NCBI GenBank assembly: GCA_036172245.1
Contig: JAYWIR010000026.1
Coordinates: forward strand, 2,790,001-2,854,000
DNA length: 64,000 nt
Direction of reading: 5' to 3'
Source of the DNA: Raillietiella orientalis
Taxonomy: Eukaryota
Shown here piece after piece: positions 26,034-38,800 of this stretch (positions are counted from its first letter, which is position 1; each line of letters opens with the position of its first letter). Both the position numbers and the translations under genes were made by a program. The notes below the pieces were generated by a model. It was not told the origin of the DNA, searched no databases, and saw only the letters and a list, made by a program, of their open reading frames with translations.

Positions 26034-27200
26034 TACCCGGTCTGGGCAGGACGTTCATTTAAAAAAGGTATAAATTACAAGTTGGATGGAACGGTGTCCC
26101 GTAAATACAAGATGTCAAAAAAATTAGTCCATTAGGGATAAACATTGGCACACAGGCCGGCTTATAGTAAAGTCTAGAACGGGAGCATGAGGACAATAAA
26201 TAATTTAAAAAAGAAAAAAGGTGATAGGCTCAGCAGGGGTCCCAGCAGTCACTTCTTCCTTCCTAGAGCTGGCCCTGAATGCCTTCTGTTTTCCTGGCTA
26301 CTTCTTCCAGGTGAGGCTACCTCGTATCTACCCTTATCATTGGAGATGTCATGCGTGTGGCCTCCCTTCCCTGCGCTCGAGATCCAAGCGCAGAGGGAGC
26401 GGGGACGATGCTGCGGACGCAGCAACTCGTTCCTATCACTGCGCCTGCCGTAATCCCTCCCTGCGTAAAGAAGTGCCGAAGCTTGAAAGTGTCCTAAGGA
26501 TAGCACAGCGCTAAAATTACTCCCCGCCAAATATCCTTGAGGGCACTGCAACCAGTGAGAGATGCAAGGTGTGTGTGTGCCGTGTATCTGCACCCCAAAC
26601 AGTTCGGGGAGGCGAATCCCCGGAGAACCATGTGCCTGCGCTAATTTTGCTGGATCCCACCAAGACAGAAACAGCAAATTCCTTCTTTTAAATGCAAAAC
26701 GTAGCACCGTTGTGTCCACACACGGGAGATGCACTACGAGTTTTGGGAAGATCCACCGAACAGATGGCCCCAACGAAGAAGTCCTTTCCCCGGGAACGAG
26801 GAGCGCGAGTGAAGCGACCAAAAATTCGTTCCCGTTTCCCGAGGGCACTCAGATGCAGGCGTTTACGCCATCCTGCTACGAAATGCGGACTCCAGTGCAA
26901 CCAGTTCGTCTTGGAGCTCATTTAACGCTCGCTGCAGAGAACCATTCCGCCTTCCTTCTGGACGTGGATCAACCATGGTGTGACTCGGCCACCAGCTGCA
27001 CCGCGACGAGTTCTACAGCGCCACCGAACCAGCGCTGCTGCTGCTTGGCTTCCAGTCAGTGCCGACTTGGTCTGCGGAGGCGCTCGATTTTTAACCTGCT
27101 TCGCGCTCCATAGGACCGAGTCGCGCACGCGGCTACCGGGCAGGCAACGCCCCTCCACCTTGCCTAAGCGTTTTTTGCGATAATGAGAGCGAGGAAAACG
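26034..27200 (-). mobile_element. Strongly diverged LINE 3' part
   Basis: Minus-strand GFASPNCLGC...LHLTGCSALKDIWRG matches the ORF2 C-terminal motif. Terminal AATGAACGTCCTGCCCAGACCGGGTA at 26034-26059. The 5' limit is uncertain. Confidence 0.65.
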
Positions 27201-27559
27201 AGAGAGGCATCCAGCAGTTAGGACAAATGCCTCAGGGGGTAGCGTAAATCAGTCTTCCTTCGTCGGCAACGGCGAACGAAGCCCTTCGCTTCAGCTCATG
27301 GACGAATGGTGTATCGTATAGGAGCACACCACGAGGAAGCCCACAATTTCCTACGGAGTTTTCGTGGACGGATCTGAGCTTGCCGTTCTACTTTGTGGAA
27401 ATTTAGGATGGCCATGCCGGAATCCTGGGGTGGCTGTTCTCAGGTACGTGAACCAATGAAGAGATTTTCGCATTTTTCTAAGAGTGGACTGCTTGAGCAA
27501 CACTGTCTGTTCTCTCCAAACTCGATCACAATCCCGAGAGCCCAGAACTCGAAAGATTA

Positions 27560-28340
27560 TGTAATAAACACATATCTGTATTATATATATTAATACAATT
27601 AATAATATGTCCATCACATATGTGAATATGTATAATTATATTTGAAGTAATATATGCATTAATATGTGTCATAACTATTAAAAATTAAATATATAAAATG
27701 GAAATACCACTTCATTTTAACATACATATTAATATATTGAGAAATGTCATTCAATACATGTATTCGATTTTGTCAATATTATTAACAAAATTTGTAAAAT
27801 GCATTAGAATATTACTTTTACTTTATAAAGATTACAAAAACCAGTATATGTGTACTGACTATATACATAATAAACACATGTTGAATGAGTATGTAAATAT
27901 CAAATTATAAAAAGGCGAAGGTGACGACTACAGATGATGGAAAAAATAAAAAGCAAACGAATCAAGGGAACAAGAAAAGGAATTTGGTATTTCATTCCTT
28001 GTCGTCTCCAACAGTCAACAAAGTAAGCTTCCATAGCAACTTACGAATTTCGCACGTGGCGCCTTCCTCGTTTGGCATATATGTTTGTGTGTGTGCTTAT
28101 AATCCGATATTTATGTAGTCATCCCATATTGCTGTATTATATAGAAAAATATGTACTAAGATATATATTAGACATGTTCCTAATCTTTAATATACGTTAA
28201 TACATATTGATTGTATCAATATGTATCTTAGTATCAAGAAATACATGTGTCAAAATAACGTGTCTGTTGATAAATATTGATGAATGCGTATGTTAAAGCA
28301 AGTAAATAAATATATGTAATTATTAATACTTTGTGGATGA
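27560..28340. other. Very AT-rich low-complexity non-coding tract
   Basis: TA/AT runs and no credible ORF. Confidence 0.7.
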
Positions 28341-31300
28341 GCATAAATTTTTTTTGTGGCATCTTCTAGATTTCAACATTCGGTATTTTTGAACGAAATC
28401 CCTGACTCCCGAAAGCTAATTCCTTAATAAGAGCAAGGAATTCATCTGGGAGTTTTCATCAGTTTTTCGATATGCACAAAACTCATCGATTTCTCGGAAT
28501 TCTCTTGCAAAGTCCACTGCTACTCATTCATGTGGGAGCAAGATGCTGCATGTCAGCAGGAAATGCTGTCTCGCGCTCGTGAACTCCTGTACTCTGGTCA
28601 CGAACATCGTACGGCTAAAATGCCTCGAGCAGCTTACTGGTTCGTAGCGGCAGAGAACGAGGCAGGTGATCAAATGGTGGTAAATGCGAACAGTTCCTGG
28701 CATTTTGCCACCGAGGATGAGTAGGCAGCAACCAAGGCAGCTGAGAGAGACTTCCTCTCGGACGAAGCAGAGGCTGAATTGTCTGCAACGTAAGGAAACA
28801 AGTGGTGTGCCTGCAGCTTTCCCGCAGAGACGGAGCGAGAGGCACATCGACCTGGCCCAGTGAGCCGCAAGGCACGATGCATTTCAGGGATCGAAAAGGA
28901 TGCAGAGGAGCAAAGATCCACACACGCGCTTTCAACTCACATTGACTTTCAACCTCCATAAAATTCAGTGATCTTTAAACCTAATTGATGTGGAGGTCTC
29001 TCAACGCAAACTGAGTGTTGCAAGTGCGCTGGAAGTCGTTCAATGGCACTTGGAAGCTCTCAATGGAGAAAATCCTTGGGAATAGAAATGACACCTGGAG
29101 AAAAGGGTTAGATGAAGAAATTCTTTCCGAATCCAATGAAGGATCAGCAAAAGAACAATTCAAGGAACAAAATAAAAATAACAATGCTTGGGATGCATCA
29201 TGAACTTCTTCTTGAGATGGCGCTTTTTCCGGAGCAAGGAACGGTGTGCAAGTTTTGGGTAATGCAGAATCGCAGCCAATCCTTGTGAGTACAGCGCTTT
29301 GCATGCCTCAACTCTGATCACAAGTGCAGTTTGGGGAAGTGAGGCCTCACAGCAAACAACCTGGACTCTTATGAATTGCATCTCAACGAATGGTGGCGAG
29401 GCAGAGGGAATTCCTCTGTATGGAATGCATAAAAACCGTCTCCGAGGTCTTCGTCCTATCTCCGTTTCCTTGACTAGTTCTCCGAAACGTCATACCTCAA
29501 CTCACATACGCAAATCCTGCGTGCCTTAAGCGTGAGGCAATTTCTCCCTCGCTGCTCATTGCCAGAAGAAGATGCCCTTTTTATTCGAGGCTGCAAGTCT
29601 CTGACAGTTTACTCTGTCTCGCGTTTCCAGTGACCACCCTGACTCCAAGGCGAGCAACTTCAACAACACACTCACGAATTTGCTTCCAAAAATACTGCAT
29701 GCTGCAGAATTTGGAAAATTACTGAAAAATGCCCAGGGGATACCTAGAGTTTCGGTTCGCAGCACGCGTGTTGCAGCTTGTTGATTCTCTAGAAATTACA
29801 TCATGCCGCTGGCTGCACGACCTTGTGAGTTGATCTGTGTTTTAAGAGCTGCACACAGCCGAGACGTTCAACAGCATTTTGTTTACATACCAGGACGACT
29901 TCGGGAACGCTCACGCATGCGTGCTTTCGAGGCAGAGCAACCTGCGTGTTCACAAACGAGCTATCGGCGTAGAGAAAAAGGCAAAAGTCCATCGTGGGCC
30001 GGGAGTGAACGCCGGCGCTCTTTCACTTGTCAAACGAGAAAACGAGAAAAGTGCGAGTTCGCATCCTCTCCAGTAGATCCCCCACTCCTTCCATCGTCCA
30101 CGAACGACTGCTGTTTGCCTCTTGCTTGCCGCACTATCCATCATGCTTCCAGCACGAGCGTTTGGGCAGTGCCGAGCTTTCCGGTTCCCTTTCGACGCTT
30201 TCTCGTTCGCCCTGTGGCGCGTGAGGCTAAGAACGGACGCGCGCCGGCAGTCAGACTGGCGTGCTGAGATAAAATCGAGACCAGTGAGCAGGCAAGTCGG
30301 TGAATATTGCGTGGTTTCAATTCAGATCTCCAATCCTTAGTCCTGAGCGAGGCTCGAGGAAATGCTTGTGCACTTGATCTCGTTTTCAGTAAGAACTTCA
30401 CTTCGCCTCTCCCGTGCTGTGTGATCCTTTGGTGCGCACATGAACGAGTGCTGTGTTTTTGGAGAATTGAATTGTTTTTGGCAAGTTCCTCCTATTGGGA
30501 AGAAGATCACCATACCACCTTTTCGAAGGCAATTGCTGAATCAGGCAGAAGTTGTTGGACGCGCCTGCAAGAATTCAATTATTTTTCCGAATCGCATGCT
30601 ATGTCTGCACCTGAGGCGATGAGCAATATTCGACATTCGGTTGTTAGCAAGCAGCGAATCTGCAAGAAATAATTCTCTGTAAGGTTTCGCAGCTGATCTG
30701 AATCGATCATTTTTGCAGAATCATGTAATTTTAGCCTGCTGATGGAAGGAAGCAGACCAAGAAGCGTCCGTTATAAAAGCGAGGTGGATCAGGGTGGAGG
30801 AGCCAGTGTCACCGGACCAGCTGGCTGCTTTCATAGGGGGAAACGAGAGTCCACCAACCAAAGATGAAGATCGTCATGCTGTACTCGCAGTTGCTGTTCC
30901 TCCTATGGTAAGAAGTTACTCTGGACCAGCGGGGGTTCCTAAAGCTTTCGCTAGCAGCACTGCACAAGCGCTTTCTTCACCCCGCCAGAGACAGTTGAAA
31001 AAGGGTGAAATCATCTCGATGAATTCAACGGAAGAAGTAAGCAACCCTTGTCGACCCTTCCGAGCACTTTGCATCCTTGGCAACGCCGAGAATACGTTGT
31101 TCTGCGCGGACAAACTTTGATTTGTTTCGTTTTCTTCTGCGAAGCTGCCTGTCCATAATGGAATGGCGCCTTCTATCCGGTGATCTTGCTCGCTTTCTGT
31201 ATTTTCTCGATAGAAGGTCGCTCGATTTCATCCTGAAGTACAGAAGAAGCAGGGCCAGAGGGTTCCACGCAGGCACTGCTACCTGGCGTTACTCCGTTGC

Positions 31301-31889
31301 TTCTCCCACCTACCTGTAGCGCTCGGCTGTGAGACGGAAACTCCAAGATCGGTGGCTTTAACTGGAGACTCCTTGCGCTCACACACAACGCAACGACTTT
31401 GGCTGTCATCGAACCATGCGATGTATTTTCTGAAGGTTTCCTAGCTAGGTAATGCAGGCTATTCCAATGGCACCGATCTCGGTTCCCGCTAGAGACCACC
31501 ATAGTGAGTTGCTTCGTCGGGTAGTCTGCGTGTGATGCTTGGTCATTTGCGCGCGTGCGGATGTCGTTGCGAAGCATGGAAGGAGAGCGCTTCTAAAGAG
31601 AGAAAGAGGCAAGTGGAGTTGCTGCCACCGCCGGGAACGATGATTACCTTGTGACTTACGTGTGGGAAAGTTTTCTCTTTTGACACCCACGTATGTTTAT
31701 GTCATAAAGCGTGCCGAAAAATGAAGTTCACAGAGTCTAAGAGCGTGGTCGTGCATTCATCCGATTTCCTCAGGTGAATTTCTAGCTGACGAATTCTTAG
31801 ATGCCCTCCGACTCAACATTGACATCACACCCCAAGGCAACGGTTCCTGCTGGTAAATCAGCCTCAGTTCTCATCCGCGAAGAGTGCCT

Positions 31890-32066
31890 GTTCTTCTTTT
31901 CTCCCTTCTCTCTTCTTTCTTACCTTCTCCTTGCTCCATCTTTTTTTTTCTCTTTTATATTCCTCCTGCCCTTCTTCCCTTCCTGCTGCTATTTTTTCCT
32001 CATTCCTTAACTCTCTTCTTTCTCCTCTGGTTTCGTCCTCTCACCCTGATCCACTCCTTCTCTCAG
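31890..32066 (+). repeat. Polypyrimidine (CT-rich) tract ending in a candidate splice acceptor
   Basis: Long C/T run terminating in TCTCAG at 32066. Confidence 0.6.
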
Positions 32067-32219
32067 GCAATGGTCCTTACCCTAGTGCTGTTTCTTTTGA
32101 AACCAGTACGTTTAACCCTCATTGCTCGATAGAGACGCAGAATCTCTTCTGCGTCTGGAATTGTCTGCAGTACCGAAGGAGTCATTATCCCCATTGTTCT
32201 CACCCTTTTGTCTTTCTAG

Positions 32220-34057
32220 GGCATCTTCACCTTTTCGATTAAGGTCGGCACTCCTCCTAAGCAGTTTTTGGTGCTCCCGTCTTCGCAGACGTCGTATACC
32301 TGGCTGCCCTGGAAGGAATGCGGAGCGACATTCTGCAGTAAGTAAATTCCGGCGTCGCCCGAGAAACGGCCGGCAGACCTGGACGTTGCTTTCTAGAGCA
32401 GCGCGAGAAGTTCGACTGTGATGCGTCCTCGACGTGCACATTTCTAGATAACCTCGCCATTGAAATGTTCTTTGGAGAAGAATTCGTTGGTTACGAATTG
32501 ACGGACACGATCGAGGTCAGCAAACGCACACTACCTGCCACTTTCTTCCTCCGGGGTTTGTTTCCTAATCATCCCTTCCTACCTCCTACAGTTCCCTTCT
32601 CTGTCTGCGAGGACTGTGAGGCGAGCCGTGGGCGTTTGCAATCGCCCGTGCTCGCTCGCGCTCTCTCCTGGTGATTGCCGCTCTTCTGCACCGCAGCCTC
32701 TGGGGTCTTGCGCACGGGCAAGAGAACGAAAGGCACCCGCCGACTGCCCATAATAGAGGGGAGGGGCAGCAGCAAACTCCTCATGCGCGTTCTGAGGTCT
32801 CTATGCGATCTTTTCCAGGTCGGCTCCATGTCCATTAAGAGCGTCAGCATCTCCGAAATCGTCCTAGACGGCGAGAAGGACCCCTTCCCAAAAGAGCAGC
32901 ACCCAGAGGACGGGTTCTTGGGCCTTGACCTTACGAGTAAAGACGTTACTTCTGCCGCTAAGAGCCCTCTGGTAAAGAAGCTGCTCGGGGACTGCGACGA
33001 AAAAGTGCTGGGTTTCCACCTCACCAGGCACGTTGAAAAACCTCCTGACCTGCCTTCCTACGGCATGAGAAGGGCCGGGAGGAAAAAGAAAAGAGGAGAG
33101 GAGTACAGCGCCATTTTCTATCCTGCTTTTTTTTTCAGACCACTGGGATCACTCGCAGTGTGCACCTTGGACCGGAAAGCCTTCCATTATCCCATCTACT
33201 ATGTGATTACTATAGGCGAGCAATGGACCCTCCTCAGCACGAAGTAAGTAGGCCTCTTTTTAAAAGGGAGCTCCTTTGCAAGGAAAGATGTCTTTGCTTT
33301 TGCTGTCCCCCGTTTGACCAGCACCACTCCGACAAGCAACGGCCCATCCTCAGTTCCGTGCGATCTTCGCTTCTCGAAGGACGGACGGGAGCTAAGGATT
33401 GGCGCGCTGCCGTCTCCAATTCTTTCTGCCCTTCCTTCCCGGATCGCGTCCCTTGTCTCATTCTTTCATCTCTTCTCGGTGAAGGGAAAGCCGCCTCTCC
33501 ACCACATCCTTTTTTCCAGGGTGACTCTAGGAAACGTGACCTTTTGCAAGGGGGAGTGCTACGTGTCGATTAAAACTGGGTCACCGACTTCAGAAGTACC
33601 CCTGAAGCTTTACCGGAAGCTGGAGGCCGGACTACAAAAAAAACTTCTTCGGAAAGGGAAGGTGGATAGCATCAGTCGGGTGAGGTTTTCTTGAGAAAGG
33701 CACTGAGGAGGGGTCCAACTGGCATTTTGTTTCACAGGATACGGCCCGCGACAGCGACTCTCAAGACTACTTTTTGGTCTTCGAGTTCTCCAACTTCAAC
33801 CTGACTTTCCGTGAGCTGCAAAAGTGCAACCAGGTTCGACTTTTTATCCTCCTCTCGGGCATTCTTCCTGCTAGGAATCGCTCGATGCCTATCAGGACGG
33901 CTCCTGCAGCCTTCTGGTCTCCCCCAACAAAGGGAGTCGCAGCAGCGACAAATTTTTCACCTTAGGGACAGGACTCCTCGAGCAATACTACACGATACTG
34001 AACCTAAGCGACCTTCTGGGCATGCAAGCGGTCGGCTTTGCGAATCTGAAGCACTAA
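32220..34057 (+). CDS. Spliced pepsin/cathepsin-D-family (peptidase A1) homologue, predicted catalytically inactive; 5' exon(s) uncertain (candidate 32070-32105)
   Basis: Exons 32220-32337, 32397-32515, 32819-33027, 33139-33243, 33520-33661 (or -33679), 33738-33833 and 33896-34057 splice in frame without stops. Protein: GIFTFSIKVGTPPKQFLVLPSSQTSYTWLPWKECGATFCKQREKFDCDASST...LTDTIEVGSM...DGFLGL...VLGFHLTR...QWTL...VTLGNVTFCKGECYVSIKTGSPTSEVP...FFTLGTGLLEQYYTILNL...AVGFANLKH*. Confidence 0.88.
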
Positions 34058-34106
34058 GAGAGGGCCTTTGGAAGGGAAAAACCTCGAGGTTAAGATTGAC
34101 CACGAA

Positions 34107-34112
34107 AATAAA
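34107..34112 (+). promoter_or_regulatory. Polyadenylation signal of the aspartic-protease-like gene
   Basis: AATAAA lies 50 nt after the TAA stop at 34055-34057. Confidence 0.6.
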
Positions 34113-34319
34113 GAGATCGGTGCGCCCAGAACCTTTGCCTACGGGTGGTTGAATCTTTCCAAGTATAGGGGGCGAAGAAGGTGAAAAGAAAGATGTTGGA
34201 CCCCCTTTTCTCCAACGCCAGGCAAGCCGACTGCAGCGTCGCCCAATTTTGGAAGGCAACCACGTGTGGCCGTCGCCTCTTGCGGCGGCGGGAAGCCCCG
34301 AGTGGCGCCATTGGTCGAT

Positions 34320-34430
34320 TCCCCCTCCCCGATCCGTACTCCCGGCAGGTCCGGTGTTGTGTTGGCCGTTACTGGGACCTCGTACCACGTTATGTTGAGC
34401 TTTCAATAAACGCCCCGATTAACGCGGATG
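34320..34430 (+). mobile_element. Short LINE 3' terminus
   Basis: TTTCAATAAACGCCCCGATTAACGCGGATGG resembles the conserved terminal motif. Confidence 0.5.
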
Positions 34431-35830
34431 GTAACACCTATCCGTGCAGGAACCACTCATCCTTTCCTGGAATCAGTACTCTGTTCCGTTACCATCCTAA
34501 CCACCATGCAGTCTTTCCCAGCTTCTGGTCGGGTAGCATCGTTGTACAGAGTCCCGCTTCGGAACACCCGCCCCTGCGTGCGGCAGATTCTCTGCCGTCG
34601 CCAAAACGCTTTTTCCGGAACCGCTAAGAGTCCGGCTTCTAGGAAACAGCCTCCTGGGTTTTCTCTCCTCCCCTTTTGGAAGAGAAGCTGCAGGTTATCT
34701 TCTGCTCGCTTCTCCGTCGCCCGTTTCTCCCTACCAGGGCGGGATGGTCTCCATGGGAGTCCAGAGCCCCGCATTCTCTGGTCTCCAGCGACGGTTTCCG
34801 AGAGTGTTTGGTCCCGGACGCGAGAGCTGAAGTTTCACTGGGTCCCGTCTTTGAAATCAGTAAAGGTGGACACGCGACTCCTCACGTATTTGCGACACCG
34901 CACAATCAAAGTAGCGTTTTCCCAGCGCGTTCTTTTTCCTCGGCAGCCTGCTTGTCGAAGATTATGTGTATCTCTTACAGGAGCGCGAGTTCGAAAGAGC
35001 ACAGGGCGTTTGCTATCGATCTCCTCTTCTCGTTGTTCTGCAGTCCATTCACGTTTGAGCACGCAACGGACAAACGACGAGAAGACGCGATTCCCCACAT
35101 TACTGATGATAAGGCGACCTTGTTGCTCGCATTATTGGACGGTGAGCAGCACTACTGCTTGGAGGATACGGTCGCCATCGGCCTCCATCGTGCTGCATGC
35201 AGGCGTATTCTCTACCCTATAAATTACTCCCTTGGGTTTCGGGGAGACATCCTATTGCTTCGCGGCTGATGTTTCCCTCCTGCCTGCTTTCGAGCGGCTC
35301 GCACTCGCTTGCAAACGAAATATTCTCCGTAAGAAGATCAAGTAGGCCTCCGGTTCGCAGTAGTTCGGCCTCCAGTTCTCCTGGTGCTCTCTGGACTGGC
35401 AATTTGCTTGCTGCGAGGAATTCGCATAGTCTGCTGGCTTGACAGCAGTCTTGCCCTTGTTTTCCGCAACCATTGTGTCGCTTTTGATGGTGGATGGTTT
35501 CGCGGCGCGCGTGAATTAGACAACGGATCGCTCAATTGCAGGGCAAACCTTGGCGCCAATTTTCATCGCCCGACGCTTCTTCACTTTATAAAGGGGCATA
35601 GACAGAGGTTGTGGAGAGTTGTTTGGAGCTTTTCTTTTTGTGCCGCTCTCCACAGCTGTCCACCTTTTGTCTTCATCGTCGAAGGCGATCGCGACTTTAG
35701 ACGCAATCACTTCCGACGGGTCTTAACGATGGCGCAACTACAACAGATCGTTGCAACCATCACGCCAACCGAATGTCCGTTTCGAGTGGAGAAAATCAAA
35801 ACACGTCTTTACAGAGTCTCCCTGTAACGA
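34431..35830 (-). mobile_element. Heavily decayed LINE: ORF1 C-terminus and endonuclease region
   Basis: 35075-35215 matches 37945-38095 and the APE CGVAFLV region. DKRWTAVESG.KRK resembles the ORF1 DRWTFVEKGRK at ~38520. Confidence 0.6.
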
Positions 35831-38800
35831 AACATCTAAAACCAGACTGCGCCACAGGTAGCTTAAGTCATCGCGTTCGAGCAAAAGGTGCGGGAACGAC
35901 TTGATCGCTCCGCCCCCAGAGCAGTTTGGAAAAACAGCTCCATCGGGAACGATGTTTCGCCCCTGATTTCAGTGGAAACTTCAGTAAGAACAGCAGCAAA
36001 TCTCGCGTTTTACTTCAAGAGGAACACGGAGCTGTCATGGCAAGCAAAGGAACCATTATCTCTCCGGTGGGCACAATGAATTAGTCGCTCCAACGAGAGA
36101 GTCCCGTCGCCCCATTGGAAGCAGTGACAGTAAGCTCCAGCTCTTTTATCCGCGGGCCGACAAGGATTGTTTTTCTCTCCTGAGAGGCTGCAAGCAAATT
36201 CACACCTCGCCGGTAGTCTAGTGTCATTGTTTGCAATGAGGACAGACGGCGTTGAAGCAAGGGGTGTGGAGGCAAGGCGATCGCATTTCTTTTTGTCATG
36301 CATGATGTCTTTCAGAGGTTGACTCAGGAGGAATGGAAGGCCTCAAAGTTCTTCCGGGCACATCCTTTCGTATTCAGCCCACGACGCAACCGACTCTTGG
36401 AGCCAAGCATTATTGCTCATAGGGTGGCAGGAGATCCAGCGTTGAGCTTCCCGTAACGAAGACAGTTGCCGCAACGGGAAGCAAATATCTTCGCTTTGTG
36501 CCCAATGTGTGGCAGAAACGACAGGATTCCTTCGCTGCCAGTGCAGCACCGAAGAATAAGTTGCGCATCAAGGCACTAAGGCGTCCACCAGAGTTTCCCT
36601 TATTGTGCCAATACTCAAAACTGCACCTGCAATTCGATTTTTTCCATCATCAGGATGCCTACACGGGTATCCTGTTCCTGCACCACCAGATCTTTGAATC
36701 TGATCCGGGACATTTCATGGTCTCACAACGCTTTGCGAAGGAGGTTGTGCGCCTAGATCTCGATCGCCTAGGAAAGTGGGCAAAAAAAAACAAAAGGTGG
36801 AGGAGAGGTGCAATGAAGCTGTTCAAAATAACCGCCTGTTCCGGCCAGACGAACTCGCTACCAAGGAATGGGCTCAGAGCACGCTCACCCTTTTGAAGGC
36901 ATCCCAACCATGCTTCTAGAAGTCGTCCAGCGGTACGCCAAGGTACTTGAAGTATCTGCCCGTGGGAATCCCCAGGTGGATCCAGTAGGACTGCCCCTCC
37001 CACGTCGTTCCCACAGAGACGACCATGCACTTCTGTTGATACTCACGCCTATTCCGCCATGGATCAGCTTGAAAAACTCTTCGAGTGAGGCCGTCGGAGT
37101 GGACATGGTCGACAGAAGGGGCACGTCATCCGCGTAGGCTGCCACGGCCTGCTTGGCTGGGCAGGAACTTGAGAGGCAAGCCAGCGTCATCTTATAAGCC
37201 TTTAGCACCATCTCAAAGAAGATGATGTACAGCTAAGGCCTGAAACTATCTTCCTACTGATTGCCCAGCCGCACCGACACGCAGTGAACAGGACAGCTGC
37301 TGAGGAAAAGGCTGGTAATCGCGTAGCGCCATCAGAAGCCTAGGTGAGCAAACAGGTTTGCTTGGAAACCGAGACGTTCCAAGAGCTCCAGAAGGAAGTT
37401 CTGGTTTCCTCAGTCGAATGCTTTGTGCAGGTCGATTGAGATTGCAAAGACCTCCGGCGTTTCTTCTTGCTGCTTATGTTTGTGCCTGTGGTCGTTACAA
37501 GCTCTCACTGCTGCTCCACCATCCAGCGGCACGCGATACGCAAATGCAGCCATGTCCGCGCATAAAAAAAGCTTGCTTCAATGGACCGCCCGGAAACAAC
37601 GTACGTTTGCTCAGGACTTATGCGGCGATCACAGATCCTTCCAGCCGCGCGACCCAAAAGTTTCGATACAATTTGTCCGAATTCACTAATGTGATCGGAC
37701 GCTAATTGTTCAGTTGGCGCAAATCTCTGCCTTGCAGCAGGATGTCCACTCTCCCTGAGCGCAGCGAAATGGGGACATTGCCTGTGTCTCGCATCAGCCA
37801 CCAGAAACGCAGCACCATTTCCGGCGCCTGCTCATCGGAAATCATGCGAATCTCCTGCTGGAGCGTCATTTAGAAGGGACGCAGGGCGTTAGCTACCGAT
37901 GGTCTCTTGCCGTCGTCATGTGGCCCGAGAAAGCTCGCCACGGAAAGACGACGAGAAGACGCAATTCCCTGTATCACAGCTGGGGAAATGAGCCGTGTTG
38001 CTCGTACCATCCGGCGAGCGGGCAGTTAGCAGCACTTAAAGTTGAAGGGCGCTGTCGCCACCGGTCTCCTCCATGCTGCACGCAGACGAGTGCTCCTTCC
38101 CAGGTTGCGTTGGGTCAGGGTCCGCGGTTGACTCGCGCTATTTCGTGGCAGGTGTTGCGCTCTTTTTTTGCTTTCGCTCGGCGTGCTTCCGCTTCCGCGC
38201 GTGCGACGAGCCGCTGATCGGTTCCGTCAGACACCGATTAGCAAATTGATTGACGCGCGAGCGACTGGCGCTTCTACTGCCGAGTTTCTTGCTCAGTATC
38301 TGCTGATTTCTCCGTGGACCTGCTTTCATTCACCTTTGACATTTACGGGCCATGGTTCCCGGTGACTGCAGCTTTCGCGTTGCACGCGATAACGGCGGTG
38401 TCTTTTGCGAGAGCTGAAGGAACTTTCGTGCGAGTTTTCTTTAGCACTGTTCCTCGCCTTACACAGGCTGAGGGACGGAGGTGTAAAGCATTCCAGGGAG
38501 TTTCTGGTTTTCTCCCCTTCTCCACAAATGTCCATCTGTCTCCACCAGACATAGCAGCGTCTGCGTCGTTTGACACAAACGCTTCCGTGTTTGTCGCTAC
38601 GTCCTCAAGAGGCGCTGTTTTGGCATTTTTGTTGGCGGGGTTGCCTCGACGGCAGTCGCGATCTTGCGCTCCGAATGCTAAGCATGAAAACGTGTGAGTG
38701 CCTGCGGCGCCATTTCGCGCGAGGGGCTGCCGCTTTTTCCTGCTTTTGCTACAGGATTGGCAGTTGCATTCTTCTTTTCAGGCATGGAAACCTCAACGAG

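Noticed and set aside
28200..28226. 12-bp perfect hairpin ATACATATTGAT-TGT-ATCAATATGTAT
   Set aside because: It lies in very AT-rich low-complexity DNA where such palindromes arise easily.
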